From Setoptus koraiensis (Eukaryota > Animalia > Arthropoda), in the NCBI GenBank assembly GCA_048013815.1, contig CM106586.1:22134001-22198000 (forward strand): 64,000 nt of DNA, read 5' to 3'. The stretch's first letter is position 1. The number at the start of each line of letters is the position of its first letter. Positions 1 to 13,624 of the stretch are shown piece after piece. The notes under the pieces were generated by a model. It saw only the letters and a list, made by a program, of their open reading frames with translations. It ran no database searches and was not told where the DNA came from. The position numbers and the translations under genes are program-made.

Positions 1-1249
1 TGATATCGGCTGAATTTTGCGCATCAGCTGTGGTTTCCTTCGAACTAGCTCGATAATTTGTTGTGGACCTCGAGTTCACTAGCAATAAGTCCGCAAACGC
101 TTTCCTCAAGCTCAGCGCTTCGTAAATGGGATCATATTTTGACGTAGCTTGCTTTGTGTTCATCGTGTCCGAGTTCAAGCGATGTTCGTATTTGTAGCTG
201 CCAATCAAAAGCAACAGTGACCAAAATATTGCGAGTGCAATCACACTATTTGCTTTCCCATCCAACTGACGCAACGGACTTCTCTCATCGGGCAAACAAT
301 AAGTGTTGTCTAAATTTAATTGTTTTTTGAAGTATCTCTCTGGCAAGTTGACAAGCATAAGTTGTTGGACGAAGTCTTTCAACGTTTTGTCTTCATTCAG
401 TGATCTGGTGTCACAAGACTCGGGCAAACAAAGACCAAAATGAAGATACGGTTCGTAATAGGGATCGGATTCTGGGGACAATTTCAATTGAGACCAGGCA
501 TTCAGACGTGCACTGCCCACACAATATCTCATGCTTATGGGGCCCGACTGTTGATCTCTGAGATGTGTCAAGCGAGTTCTCAGACACTGACCATAGCTAC
601 CTAAAAAAACACTTGCACTCGTTAGAACCTGCCCATTGGTGGGACTGCCAAAGGTATTCAAATAATCATTAAACTCCACACTTGTTTGATAACTATTCCG
701 TCTCTCAACTTCCTCTGGCCCTTGATATTTGAAAATATTTCTCACTGGTTCGACATTATCGTAATTCAATTGTTGAACGATCAATTTGAGATGGTCGTAG
801 CATTGTCGTTTGTTAGCCACTGGCAAGGCGCTGACATCTAGTTGATTCTTGTCATCATCTGAGTCATATGCAAAGGTCATGTAATTGTTTGGTGTCAACA
901 AGTTCTTAGTGTAAATCAGATCATAATATCGTCTCTCAATTGATGCATACTCTATAAATGATTCTTTTGTCTCATTGAGAAACGCCAAATTTAACCCGTT
1001 CACCACCAGGTTGGTTGCTCGTTGAGCTGCTAGATTATCTGTTGCAGTGGCACACTGATGATTGTCATTGTCCGTCTCGTTTGTGACGCAATAATTTCCG
1101 TTGTTGAGACTCGCTTCTTCATCTGAGGTCACCTGTCTGACGCCAAAGCTAGAGAGTTGTTGTGGCGATACATTTTGAGCTTGATGGCCCAAAATGATGG
1201 TGGCTATCGCGAACAATATTAGGCCAAAGGAACTATTATATCTCGCCAT
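1..1249 (-). CDS. NRF-6-like (nose resistant to fluoxetine domain, acyltransferase-3 family) membrane protein, N-terminal 416 codons; 3'-partial, runs off the window
   Basis: Manual translation from the ATG at 1249 (in-frame TAG ~33 nt upstream) stays open to position 1. Signal-like start MARYNSSFGLILFAIATIILGHQAQ; NRF-domain-type motifs DYLNTFGSPTNGQVLTSASVFLGSYGQCL, RYCVG, GLCLPESC, YCLPDE; first TM helix VIALAIFWSLLLLIGSY. Not in the ORF track, presumably because it has no stop in the window. Confidence 0.85.
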   Translation of the reverse strand, partial: MARYNSSFGLILFAIATIILGHQAQNVSPQQLSSFGVRQVTSDEEASLNNGNYCVTNETDNDNHQCATATDNLAAQRATNLVVNGLNLAFLNETKESFIEYASIERRYYDLIYTKNLLTPNNYMTFAYDSDDDKNQLDVSALPVANKRQCYDHLKLIVQQLNYDNVEPVRNIFKYQGPEEVERRNSYQTSVEFNDYLNTFGSPTNGQVLTSASVFLGSYGQCLRTRLTHLRDQQSGPISMRYCVGSARLNAWSQLKLSPESDPYYEPYLHFGLCLPESCDTRSLNEDKTLKDFVQQLMLVNLPERYFKKQLNLDNTYCLPDERSPLRQLDGKANSVIALAIFWSLLLLIGSYKYEHRLNSDTMNTKQATSKYDPIYEALSLRKAFADLLLVNSRSTTNYRASSKETTADAQNSADI

Positions 1250-3924
1250 GCTGATATAGTGTTTGTAATAACTTATTAACTATAGTGGATTGTCATTTTC
1301 GTTGTACGGCATTTTTCCTTTTATTAATTGCTGCGTTCTGCAATAACACTAGAACGCTAGTGTGTGTCCTTGAATAGTTAGTTATCGATTAAACACACAT
1401 CAACACATTACTGACTGATGACTTTCCCCGTTCAGTAATGCCGATTAGTATTATTATTATCCACAATCACCAATTCGTCGTGATGGATAATCGACAAGAT
1501 AAACTAGAGATAAAGAGTGCGCGCGTATTTCCCTCTTGCTGCACTCATTATTTGAATGCTGCTTTGGTGTATCATCTTAGTGACACCTGACACCAAATAG
1601 ACCTTAGCCGGGATATTATCAGATAGAGACATGCGGGCTAGATAGATTGTAGATTAGATTGGGGTGCATCAATGCATTTTTGCCGGGTCATACAGCAGAG
1701 CAACAAGCATAATGATAATTAGCCATTAATTAATACCGCCAAGTGCACCTTTGGTACTCTATGGGAGGTGCTAGTAGTTTAGCTTTCAAACTATTGACTC
1801 CCAGACAGTTGTTCATTGGGCAGTGAGGTAAAATCGGTCACTGTTGTCCATTTGAGTAGATGGCGACAATAGACAATGTAACAATCAGAGTGCTGCTGAT
1901 ATTTTTGTGCGGAGACACAAAAATATCAGCAGATTAGAGTGTTGATTATCAGAATTAGTATTGATTGGAGTTACTGGATGAACTGACTCAGTTTCTGGTG
2001 ACAGATATCTAGTGATCCAATTATCGATAGATTAATTTGTCAATACTAACCACAAATTAACTTTAGAACGTCTTGCGATTTTTATTTGGCCAGAAAGCAA
2101 TTTCTTTTCGCGCCGCCAGATGGAGGTGCGGGTCTGTGCAACAAAATTTTCAAGTGAGGCGACTGTGAAACCGTCATACTAACTGACATGGGCTGTGTAG
2201 TTGGCAGCAACAACAGCAACAACAACAACAACAACAACGACAACAAATACACAAATGTCGCTGGACAAACAATAATTAGTTGTTGATTGTTTTCGCTCTG
2301 ATTCAATGCGATCAATGGGTCAGCGAGTGTTCGAACGAGTATCGAGTGGCGACCACTGGTCAGCTTGCGATAGGGACAGATAGATGAGAGGCGAGCGAGC
2401 GAGCGCTTTTGGCCTATATGAGTCAGTGGACGACTAATGGCGACTGGACATGGGCCCAATGTTGCGCAACAACATTGTGTTATTGGCCACTATCATTAGG
2501 TCATTTGGTTGGCTCGTCCGATCGTTTGGTTGGTGCATGGGTCGCCTTTGATTGGGCTGCAACATTCCAAAGGCAGCTGAAGCTGCGAATGTGCCGCCAG
2601 TTGGACGGAGCTGCCAGCGAGAGAGAGAGAGAGAGAGATTGTTATTTTTGCTCTCATTTTTCATTTAAATGTATTTGCAGTGTGCGGCCAAAAACTGGCA
2701 ATTGTGTGAACCGACTAACTAACTAAACGATGCCAAAATCACTGGCTGACCATACAGACAAGACCATTGGGCAGCCTAGAGGCTTCGGTCGCTCTTCTTT
2801 CAACGCTCTGTTGTGCCGTTGCGATGCTTGCGAGCCCATTGATGGTCAGTGGTGAGGTACAGGTGTAATGGAGGCAGCGGCAGAGTGTATTAGAGAGAAG
2901 TGGAGAGTTTGTTGTTAGTTTCTCGCCTGTGGCTACAAACAAGCACGCACGCACTAGGCGAGCAACTGTTTTGCTGCAACGACCGATACTTGCGACGACC
3001 GACGACCGACGACGCAAGTATCGACACACCGAGCCAAAGCGAGGTTGTTGCTGTTGTTGTCAATGGTCGTCTATTAACTAACTAACTTTTTAATTGATCT
3101 TCTATAAGAGAAGCGACCAAATCCAGTCTAGTCCGCTATCTGACCATCTCATCTGGCTCGCTCATTGGCCGATCTCTGCCGTCACCGGGCAGCCGAAAGT
3201 TTCGGCTGTCTCGGCCCGAAACGTTTGCAACAACAGACAGCAAATATCTGCTTGTTTGTTGCGCCAAACGGCCACGGGGGCGCCATCGCTGGCGAGGCCG
3301 TGCCACTGTGCCAGGCTCAGACGGCACAGCGGGCCCATTTGCGCGCAGTTGGCTTGGCGTCGGTCATTATTGTTGGCCCCTCTGTCACTGTAAATGCGCG
3401 CACAAACTAATCACTTGTTAACTGATATAGTTCCTCGCTCATCTAGTTGGTGCGCCGCTAGATGGAGAGCAAGCTTGGCTCTGGCCGCCAGCCCATCTAG
3501 CCGCCGTCTGACAGCGGCTAGATGGGCTGGCGAAGCTTGTGGCCGGCGATGAAGCAGCGGGCGCTTGTGAGGCCACAGTTGAGTGGCAACCAGCGAGTGA
3601 CGCAAATCCGCAACAACGCATCAGAGACGCGACAGAAGAAGGGCGGTCGCGGCACAAAGAGAAACGCAGAGAAGCCCCGAATTAGATTCGAATTTGATTC
3701 GAACGCCACTCGAACGAGCGCAGTTCGTTCAAATTGGCACCGAACTGGCACAAAACTGCAAAACTGGCTGCCTGGTCGCTGCAAAACAACACACACACAC
3801 ACACAGTCGGGCAACTCGGCGAGCCCACGGCAACTTTGGCAGCGCTGGCCAGCAACTTTGCCAGGTCGGCTCAGCGGCCAACCGGCCGAACTGGCAGGCG
3901 GCTGACAACGGTGCGAACGCGAAC

Positions 3925-3979
3925 AAGAACGAAGCGAGCGAACGCGAACAAGAACGAAGCGAGCGAACGCGAACAAGAA
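3925..3979. repeat. 25-bp tandem repeat (GCGAACGCGAACAAGAACGAAGCGA), 2-3 copies
   Basis: Read directly from the sequence; boundaries approximate. Confidence 0.8.
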
Positions 3980-5150
3980 CTAGTGAGAAAACGCCAACGA
4001 GATGGTGCCCGGCGCTTGCCTCTGGGAGCCCCTGAGAACGCCGGCACCGCCCCCTGACTGTGGGCCGCCCACTTGAGTACGCGCGCAAACATCAAGTGGC
4101 GCGCCAAGTTGCGATGAGTCCGTGCGAGTTGGTTCGGGGACGCGAACAAGCGAACAGGCGAACGGGCGAACGGGCGAACAGGCGAACCGAGCGCAACAAA
4201 CTCGACCGAACAAAGGAACGTTCTTTTGCAACTAGGGCCACCAATGCGAGCGAACGAGCCCGTCGAAACGCGACCCGCAAACCGAGACCGGCCAAAACGA
4301 ATTGAGCTAGCGCAAAGCGAAACGAGACCAGACGAGAATAGACGCCAAAAAGAAACGAGATCGCCAGTTGCTCGCTTGAGCTCAATAGCCGCCTGATGCA
4401 ATTGAATTGGTGCTGGCTCTGGCACGCATAACCGTCGTTTGTATCAACTGCCACAACAGTGCGCGTATAGGCACTGACAGCGAACAGTGCAAAGGCGCAC
4501 TCGGATTCGAATTCGAATCGGAATTCGAGTTCGAGTTCGGGTTTGAATTGGACGCTCTGCGAATCGGTGGAACGCAGTCAAAACTGGATGCGACCTCCCT
4601 CGCCGAGCGCATCCTCCCCCCGCCTCGGAACACTTGATACTTTTGATCTTGCGCCTCGCGGGGCACAACTTGAGACCGAGTCCGATGACACGCACACTGG
4701 CGCCCGCCGGCCCCACGCCGCCAAGATGGGGCCAACTTTTCGCGAGGGGGCGCCCTCTCGCAATACGGCAATCCAATAAGAAATGAATAAAACGCGCCCC
4801 TTTCCCTCCACCTAACCACCGCTCCAGCGCCCACCCATATAGAGCACGCGTGCGATTGCGTAACATTGGCCCGCGATTGGACCGCCAATTGGGGCGCGAT
4901 CGGGGCCAGACGAGGGGGGGGGGCGGCAGTGCATATAGATCGATAATATATCAAATCTGGCCCCATTTCTGTGCGGGCCGCCGCGTTTCTGTGTGCGGGT
5001 GCACATGGTGCGACACGTTTGCCCGTGCGCTGTGTCGGCACACTCGGGCGCCGACTACGCCGACTATGCCGACAAACAACAGTGCCCACTGCTCACGCCC
5101 CCGTCTAGCCCGCCCTCCTCGGCTGCGTGTCGTTGGCCCGACCGGGGCCA

Positions 5151-5220
5151 TTGTGTGCCCGTTGTGTGCCGCTGCGTGCCGTTGTGTGCCGCTGCGTGCC
5201 GTTGTGTGCCGCTGCGTGGG
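5151..5220. repeat. 10-bp tandem array alternating GTTGTGTGCC / GCTGCGTGCC
   Basis: About 7 in-register units. Confidence 0.9.
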
Positions 5221-7587
5221 TCCGGCACGAGGCAAACGGTGCGCGTGCGGCCACGCCATGCGACCGCCATGATCCGCATGGGAATGTAGGCGGCGCACGG
5301 TACCCAGGGCTCCGTGGCGCTCTATCCGTGGAGCGTTCGATGAAGCCCGGCGCGCACCACACCAAACACTATATATGCTATGCAATGCGTGTTACATAAC
5401 ACACATTGGTTTATGCAGCGATGCGCCATAGACTCGCCGGTCGCCGCTAGGCGGCCGGATACGCAAACAAGTGAAGATGCTCGCGGACAAGAGTGCTCAC
5501 AGAGCGGCCATAATCGGCCCCGAAGATGGAAAATCTGTTATCAGTTGGGGGCACGAGTTAGCCTAAGTTGAGCCGCGAAAAGCTCTCATCGCGCGCCCTC
5601 TTGTCGCGTCTCCGCTCGCCCGTAATTGATTGTTGGTCTGTGTCTCGCACTTTGCACTTTGCACTGGCCGGTCGCCGGTCAGCGGTCGCCGGTCGCAGTT
5701 GGTCCGGCTGACGGGCCACTAAACGCGCCGAAACGCGCCGAAACGGAGCGACGCCGGCCGGAGCTTGGCCGCGCCGATCAATATTGGTCACACATTATGC
5801 AAAATGTTATGCAATGTGCGATGCCCAGTGAGCCCGTGTTACGTGGACGCCAAATATTGGCGAGCATCTATGCGCACAGGGGCGTGGCGCAGCACAGACG
5901 CGCCGCACTAATGAATGACGGTGAGCGAGCGCACACGATGCCAGCAGCGCAAGCCAAGCAGTTGCAGAGCCGCGCAAATGATGCAACAAACAACAAATTG
6001 GCCAGCGGCCAGAGGCCGGCAGTGTCCAGCGATACTGTGGCCGCTCACCTGTGTGTTTTGCCTGTGAATATTCCTGTGTAAAACACAGGTAACACACAGG
6101 TAAAACACAGGTAACACACAGGTAATTGGCGCAAGAAAGTTTAGTTGTGTTGGTAGTTGTGTTGTGGGCAAGCCATGACGGTTGGCCAGTTGTGCACAAC
6201 TAGTGCACAGCGCGCTAATAGAGCACAGTGCGCCGCGCCACCAAAACAGTCACAGCATTGACTGCATGAGAGTGACTGTGCCATCATCATTACATCATGC
6301 AGCCCAGTGTATGATGCAATCAAGGGCCCATAGGTGCAAATAACAAATACATCAACATGAAACGCCCGAGACGAAAATATGCAAAGTGAGCCGTTGCATA
6401 ATCGCTTGTTGTTTGTGCACTTGCCGGGGGTATCGTCGAGAGAGCGAGCGAGCGAGCAACTTTCTCGTTTATTCGGTCGGAGATAAATTTTCACTGTTAC
6501 TTTTTAATAGTTTAGCATAACATCGCATTGCATAACATTGCATAACATGAATGTTATGCCTGCCAGCGGACACACGGCGCTGTTGGCACGCATTGTGGCT
6601 ATAGGCCGACACTGCGGGCCAAATATGCGCCGGCCAACATGAGCCGGCCAACATGAGCTCGGGCCGGGCATCGAGCAACACAGACACAGCACATTGTCGG
6701 GCGCTCGGTGCGGCCGGTGAGCCGCCGGGAAGCCGCCGGGAAGCCGCCGGGAAGAGCCTATATAAACAATTGTTGTATTATGTTGTGTCATGTTGTGTCG
6801 AGTGTTGGCTCCGTTGGCGCTTTACACATTTTACAAGATAATCTGGAATGGCTCGCATGGGCCAACGAACGACTCTGTGGCTCACTCTGTTTGACTGGCT
6901 GCCATCGACAGGAAATAATCGGGTTGCGCTTACAGGTGGTTGCAAGTCACACAAACAACACACACACACACACACACAATCTAAGCGAGCACAACACTGT
7001 AACAAAGGCCCATTGTAACTATTTTTCTCGCCCTCTCTGGCCGCATCTCGAGTCGAGATTCTGGCCGCATCTCGAGTAGAGATTGTCGAGGCTGCTTTGC
7101 GCTCGCCACAGTTTGCGCTGTCTCGCTGCTCTCGTTGGCTTGTTGTTTGTGTCTGTTGTGGCAGCAGCGCAAAAGTTGTGTGTCCCAAAGTTGCACAGTC
7201 GCCTGCGAGCTGCGAGCGACAACAGCGAGCACCGCTCCAACTCCGAGCAGAGCGAGCGTTCGAACGGAGCGTTCGAAAGGAGCGTTCGAAAAGAGCGTTC
7301 GAATGGAGCGTTCGAAGAGAGCGCTCGCCCGATGCGAGATTCGCCGTGTTGCGATGCATTATGTAATGTCGTTGTGTGTGTGCACAACAACGACGAGCAT
7401 GTTGATACATGGATATGTAGATATAAACAATGAACTTTGTTTGATTTTTTCGCTCTTACACACACACAACATGGATGTTGCAACGGCTCGCCGGCGCACA
7501 CACACACTCAGAGAGCACACTCAGCTTCTTATTTTAGATTATGTAATGCCGAGTCGCAACAACAACAGCAGCGCCAACAACAACAGC

Positions 7588-7619
<32 letters not shown>

Positions 7620-8276
7620 CGGCAACAACATTGTGAGAGAGCGCTGGCGTCATCTCACTCTCTCACAGTGCATGGCCGATGTTGGCTGGCTCGCACGAAG
7701 ACCCTTTTAGCTTATGTTAAACTGGCCGCTGGATGTGGACCGAGTGAGAAGAAGTGGCATAAAGAGCCGCGATGCGGCCGAGATGCAGATACACATAGAC
7801 GCAGATACACATAGACGCTGATACACAGTCGCTGATACACAGTCGCTGATACACAGGTAGACTCACAGGTAGACAGTGTTTTGCGGACACTGTTCGGCGG
7901 TGACTGTTGGACAGTGACTGCTGGACAGAGCGAGCCCAAGCAGAAGAAGAAGAAGCCACCTATAAATAATTTGAATGGCGCCGAATGGTCGGGGTTGCGA
8001 AACATCAAATCAATCACAGTTTCAATGGAAGCTTTGTTCTTTCTTCTTTACACTTGGCTCGCTGGCTCGCTCCCAGAGACACTGCGGCCAGAGAATTTGG
8101 CCGGCTGCGCATTGTGTGCAACCGGCGGCGGCGGCCGTTGGTGGCTGCTTGCGGCCGCAAATCAAGTCGTCGTTGGTCAAACAACAAAACAAGTTCCATT
8201 CTATTGAGACAAGTTAAAGAGAAGCAATCGACAACGGCGGCACAACGAACACACATGTTACACTCTCGCGAACTGC

Positions 8277-8278
<2 letters not shown>

Positions 8279-8322
<44 letters not shown>
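8279..8322. repeat. (CA)22 microsatellite
   Basis: Read directly from the sequence. Confidence 0.95.
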
Positions 8323-8324
<2 letters not shown>

Positions 8325-11300
8325 GACACAAATAGAGTATCACGAAAGAAGAATAGGCACAATTCGGCGCTCGCATTCGCCAACCTGTCCGCTCTTTCGT
8401 GGCTTCTCTGCGCTCTCTGAGCTCTTCGCGCTCTCTGGTCGCTGCGTCCAAAGTTCGCCGGCTCCAACATTCGAGCGCTGGAACATTCGAACACTGGAAC
8501 ATTCGAGCATTCGAACACTCGAACGTTCGAACGCTCGGCTTGTTGGCGCCTTCGCGAAGAAGCGCCTCCGCCTCTGTGTTCGACAACGCAACAGACAACA
8601 GTGTGTGTGTGTCTCTCACCGTTTGACTTTGATTGACCAGCACACACAGCCAATGGCCATTTGAATGTTTGTGTGACTGTGCCTCTGTCTGGCCGGCCAG
8701 CTCTATTCATGCTTTGTTGACTCTACGCTCGCCAGTCTCAGAGAGCTGTCTCAATATTGTGATGTGTGGCTGCCCGACTAGCCGCCAATGTCCGCTTGAC
8801 GAGACCGGGCCAGACAGCATCTCGGCATCGCGGCATCGCGGCATCCCGACATCCCGACATCTCGGCGTCTCGACATGTCGGCATCTCGCGGGCTGCACCG
8901 GCTGAGCTTGGCGTCGCGGCCGGCATCGCATCGCTGGGATCGCATGGCGTGGCGGCCGGCTGAGAAAGAGTAACAAGTGGCCGGTCGGACGCGATCGGAC
9001 GAGCGACCATTCGGAGGCTGTCGAACAGTGCCGAACGGCGTCGTCCGAGAGAAATCTCTGCCGGCTTCGGCGCAAACCGGCGAGTCGTGTATCACGGGAC
9101 GACGACGACGGCGCTGTCGTTGCCAGCCAACAAGATGCCGCCGCAGCTTGCCAATGTTGTTATATCGGCCGGTCGGCCGGCCACATGCATGTAGCCGCAT
9201 ATCATATGAGGCAAATGCGCCATATACGCGCCGCATATGCGCCGCCATGTATACGCCATATATAGGTCGCAATGCAGCGACGCAGCGATATAGCAAGCTG
9301 TCTGGACAGGCCAAACAGTTTGGCCAGACCGATGAGCCGGCCGGCCAGCCAGTATAGGGCGCAATGTGTCGGGCTGCAAGTCGGCGCCTAGATGGCGAGA
9401 CCGACGCCTGGATAGAGCGAGTTGGCGCTGCGATAGGCCGAGACGCCGCGATAGGCCAAGACGCCGCGATGCCGAGACGCCGCGCTGCCGAGACGCCGCA
9501 TCAAATGTCCGGCAGTGTCCAGCGGCGCCGGCCAGCGCCAGTGTCCAATGGAGCATGAACTGGTTCGTTTGGCCTTTGCTGGCTCGAGTGGCTGGCAGAA
9601 TCATTTTGATCTGATTTGCATCACTGACTTTATTTCATATCTCTGTCCATTCTGTGGGCCGTGCGCTGCATGCTGCGGCGACTGGGCGCGATTCAGCAGC
9701 ATTCAGCTGACGGCATCGTGGAGCGGATAATGCAAAGCTGGCCGCGATCATACGTCGATAATGGACACCAGCGACAACAACAACATGTTACCTAACACAC
9801 ACGCACCGGCGCACAAAAGTTGAAAAGTCGAAAAGTTGCAGCACAATTGAGAAGTTGCGAGAAGTTGTAACGAGAGTTTAAAATATGATATCTTTGTCCT
9901 GTTTAATGCACTATATTACATTATCCATGCAACTCTCAGTGGGCCAGCCAGTGTATAAATATGCATTATAGTGCAGCATGAATAAAATGCTGCTCAAACA
10001 CTCAACTATTGCCTCGCTGGTCTAGTTACATCATACGCAGTTACGTCATACGAGCCAGTTGCGTCATATTGAGCTGCGTCGTATCGTTGCGTCATGGCCA
10101 GTTGGTGCTATTGCTGCCTTGGCTGGGCTGCCGTCGGTGCCGATGCCGCTGCCGCGATCGGCGCTGCCGTGATAGACGCCAGTGGACAGTATCAACTGTC
10201 AGGCGCTGAAAATTGATACTTTTGCCAGGCGCTTCGCATGTCGCTCGACGCGACGCTCGATATCTCAGCGATATCGGCGATATCGGCCGATATCGGCCGA
10301 CATCGGCGAGCGGCCAACTAAGGCGAGCGGCCGACATCGGCGAGCGCTTGCCGCTGAATATATAATGCGAATCGTCGGACTTGTCATACTTGTCCGACGC
10401 CGGCGACAACGACAACAACGCACGCACCAACGGCGACAGACGCAACAGAGTTATCAAGTCATGAGGTGAGTTATTGGAGATTAATTGGGCATAAAATGTG
10501 CCAGCCAACCGGTCGGCCGGCCGATGCTCCAATGGGAACCGCCGCTCGGCCGGTCTTGGGCTCGCTCCTTCCAGCGGCCGAGCACAAATCACAGCCACTA
10601 TCCGACGTGATGGATCATGTGTCATATTTTGACAATTCGCCTCACTCCGGCGCTTGTTTGCTTTTTAGTTGTCGTCTTTTTGGTTGACGTCTTTTTGGTT
10701 GTCGTCTTTTTAGTTGTCGCCTTGTCGCCGCTGTGCCCACTGTGCCCACTGTGCGCCGCTCATGGCACACTGGCGACACACGAGCACACATCGCACATAT
10801 CGCACACAAAGTGCCACAAATATCCCGCTTATCCGCTCCAAATGCACACAACATGAAGAACATTTATATTAGGGGCGCGCAGTGAGCGGCTTCGCATCGC
10901 GCACAGCGGCCCCATCGAAATATTAAATAAAATCGGCGCAACGGGTAACGTGATCCCCGCTCTCTCCGTTTGTGCGTCGCCAAAATCATTTTGCAAGCGC
11001 GCGTTCAACTCTAAACTTGCCACTCTCAACTGCTACGGCCTGTCGATACTTGTCAGACGGTATTTCCGAGACGGCCCTTCGGTGCCTCTCCCGCGGGCCG
11101 GCGTCGGGCTCGGGCCGGCGTTGGGCTCTGGCTGGCGGCGGCCCGGTCACAGCCCGCTGGCAGCCACCATGAGCTCCGACCGGGCCAAGCGGCCCGACGC
11201 GCACCGATTCGCCTGATGCGACCGGCGCGACCGGCGCGACCGATGCGACCGATACGGCGTGCGTTGTTCGCGGCTCGCCAGTTTCTTCGTGCGGCTTCTT

Positions 11301-13610
11301 CGCTGGCACCGTCCGGCTGTCGAGTTTCGCACCGGCGCACTGGCGGCCGTTGCTACCTGACGCAGAAGCGAGCCGCTCGGCGAGCTGGCCCGACCAAGTT
11401 TGACTGGCAGCTCCAGCGATGCGAGTGTGTGTGTGTTTATGTCGGCCGGCCAGAAAACTGGAAAATGCTGGCCACTTGTGCCCGGCGAGCTTGTGCGCCT
11501 TGGACGGGCCGGCACTGCAGCTCGCCGGCCACTCAGAGCGAGCGGCTGCGATCGGGCGGCTCGATTGGGCGACTGCGAACGAACGGGCGACTGCGAACGA
11601 ACTCGCAATCGAGAAGCGCCGGCCGAGAAGCGCCGAATTGCAGCGGCCGAGCAGCGCCGAGTTGCGCCGAGTTGCGACTGCTCCGCCGAAGCCGGTTGCA
11701 CCTTGCGAGCCGCCGCCGAGCTCGAGCTGCTTGCCAGTTGGAACTGCGCCGATCGATCGTCGAACGCCTCTCGATCGGCCGCATCGCTGCCTCGGTCGCT
11801 TCGGTTGCGTCGGTCGCTTCGGTCGCATTCGTTGTGTCGGTCGCGTCGGTCGCATTCGTTGTGTCGGTCGCGTCGGCTGAGAGAGGCTCGCAACAGCGAC
11901 AAGCAGCAGCCACTTTTATGAATGTGAGCAGTCGAGTGTTTGTGTTTGTGAGCATTTCGTCGACAGCATGCCCGTCGACAAAACGCAGCTCGTCGAGCGG
12001 CGTCACGATCGAGAGATGAACAAAGTAATCGTGACGTAACTTTTCAACTTTTTCGTCTCTCTCGCTGCTCTTATCAAATATTGCGTATATTTACAACTGG
12101 AGCCTTTGCACTTGGCCGGCCTTCGACGAGTCTCGACACACACACACACACGCTGGCATGTTGTCTCAACAATTTGTTAGTGCCGCCACTCGGGCGCTCG
12201 CCGATGCCCGAGCGGGCCGGCCTAGCGGGCCGTCGGTGTCATATTATTATATTATCATATGCGTGCGCTTGTGCGAGCCCATCACGGTTGCGGCTTATCC
12301 GATAAGTGGTATCAAATTGCATCATCATCTCGCGCTATCTATATGGGGCTCGCTTGTGTGCTGGTCGTGTCGCCGTGAGCCACCCGAAAGCGCTCAAAAG
12401 TGAACTGAAAGCCGACAGCCCGAAACTGCGACCGAAGCGCCGATCGGGCCGCCGATTGAAGCGCCGATCGGGCCGCACACTGAAAGCGAAACAAAGTCCG
12501 ATAGCGCACCGACGACGAGCGCTGAAAGAGAGCGCAGCTCGCTCCGTGTCCGGTCGTGAAATGCTGTGAAATGTGGCGCTGCCAATTTATTCATCGCCGT
12601 CATAATTCGGCCTCGTTGGCGCGAACTGGCAACTTGCCGACGATTGGCCGCGGATTGGCCGCGGATCGGCCGCGGATTATTCGGCGCACAGTTGCGATTG
12701 TGGCCGCCAGTTGGGCACAGTTTACACGGCCGAGCGAAGCGGCTCGCTGGCCGGACCGGAGCCGCCGGTTCAAGTGGAAAGTTGCCGTCGACCGCTCGCT
12801 TGACCGCTCGCTTGGTCGGGCCGGCGCGCCGATGCGGTGATGCGCCGGTGATGCGCCGGTGACGAGCCGACAAGAGGCACGGCCAGACCACAACAATGGA
12901 GCCATTGTGTGCGTCACAGCGCGCGATCAACCGTCGTGTGTGACAGTCGCTAAACAACAACAACAACATCAACACCGCAACAAGAACAATACAGCACATG
13001 ACGCAATGGTCACTGGTGGCGGTTGCGTCACTGTTGCGGCCGCAGTGGCCGCAGTGGCCGTAGTGGCCGTTGTCGGTTTTAAGGTGCGAGGGCCAATATT
13101 CAAGTTGACTCGCCGGTCAGATGAGTTGTCGCGGGGTGATTTGCGCCATTTCTAGGCATGTGCAACCTGTGAGCATTGTCGTCCAGCACTCAACGAAGCC
13201 AATGATGCGGCCAACGATGCGGCCAATCGAATGGTCAGCGGCCAAAGTGACCGTTGCTGCATGTCATGGGCGTGCAAGTGGCAAGCCGATGATGACGCAA
13301 CAATTGATTATGATGCAGTGACGAGGCAGCGTGACGTCTCTAATTAACCGATGGCTCATTAGAATAACGAATGGTGGGCGACACTTGATACAGCCGATGC
13401 AGTTGTTGGGCCGTAGCAGGCTTTTATCACCTGTTGACTCACAACAGTCAACAGTGTTGAGTGTTGTGCGCTTGCCAGAGTATGTGTGCCATCATTACGT
13501 AATGAGATGATGATGATGATGAGATTATTACGCCACCACAACAGCAGCAACTGCTAACAACAGTTAGGCATTGTAAGCTATCAACACACATTGCACACGC
13601 ACTCACCTGG

Positions 13611-13624
13611 CCCCTAGAGGGCGC
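13611..13624 (+). promoter_or_regulatory. CTCF-like motif (CCCCTAGAGGGCGC)
   Basis: One mismatch to the CCASYAGRKGGCRS core; motif match only. Confidence 0.3.

Noticed and set aside
322-328. Possible frameshift in the NRF-6-like gene at a homopolymer run
   Set aside because: Recounting gives six bases (AAA AAA on the minus strand); the frame is preserved.
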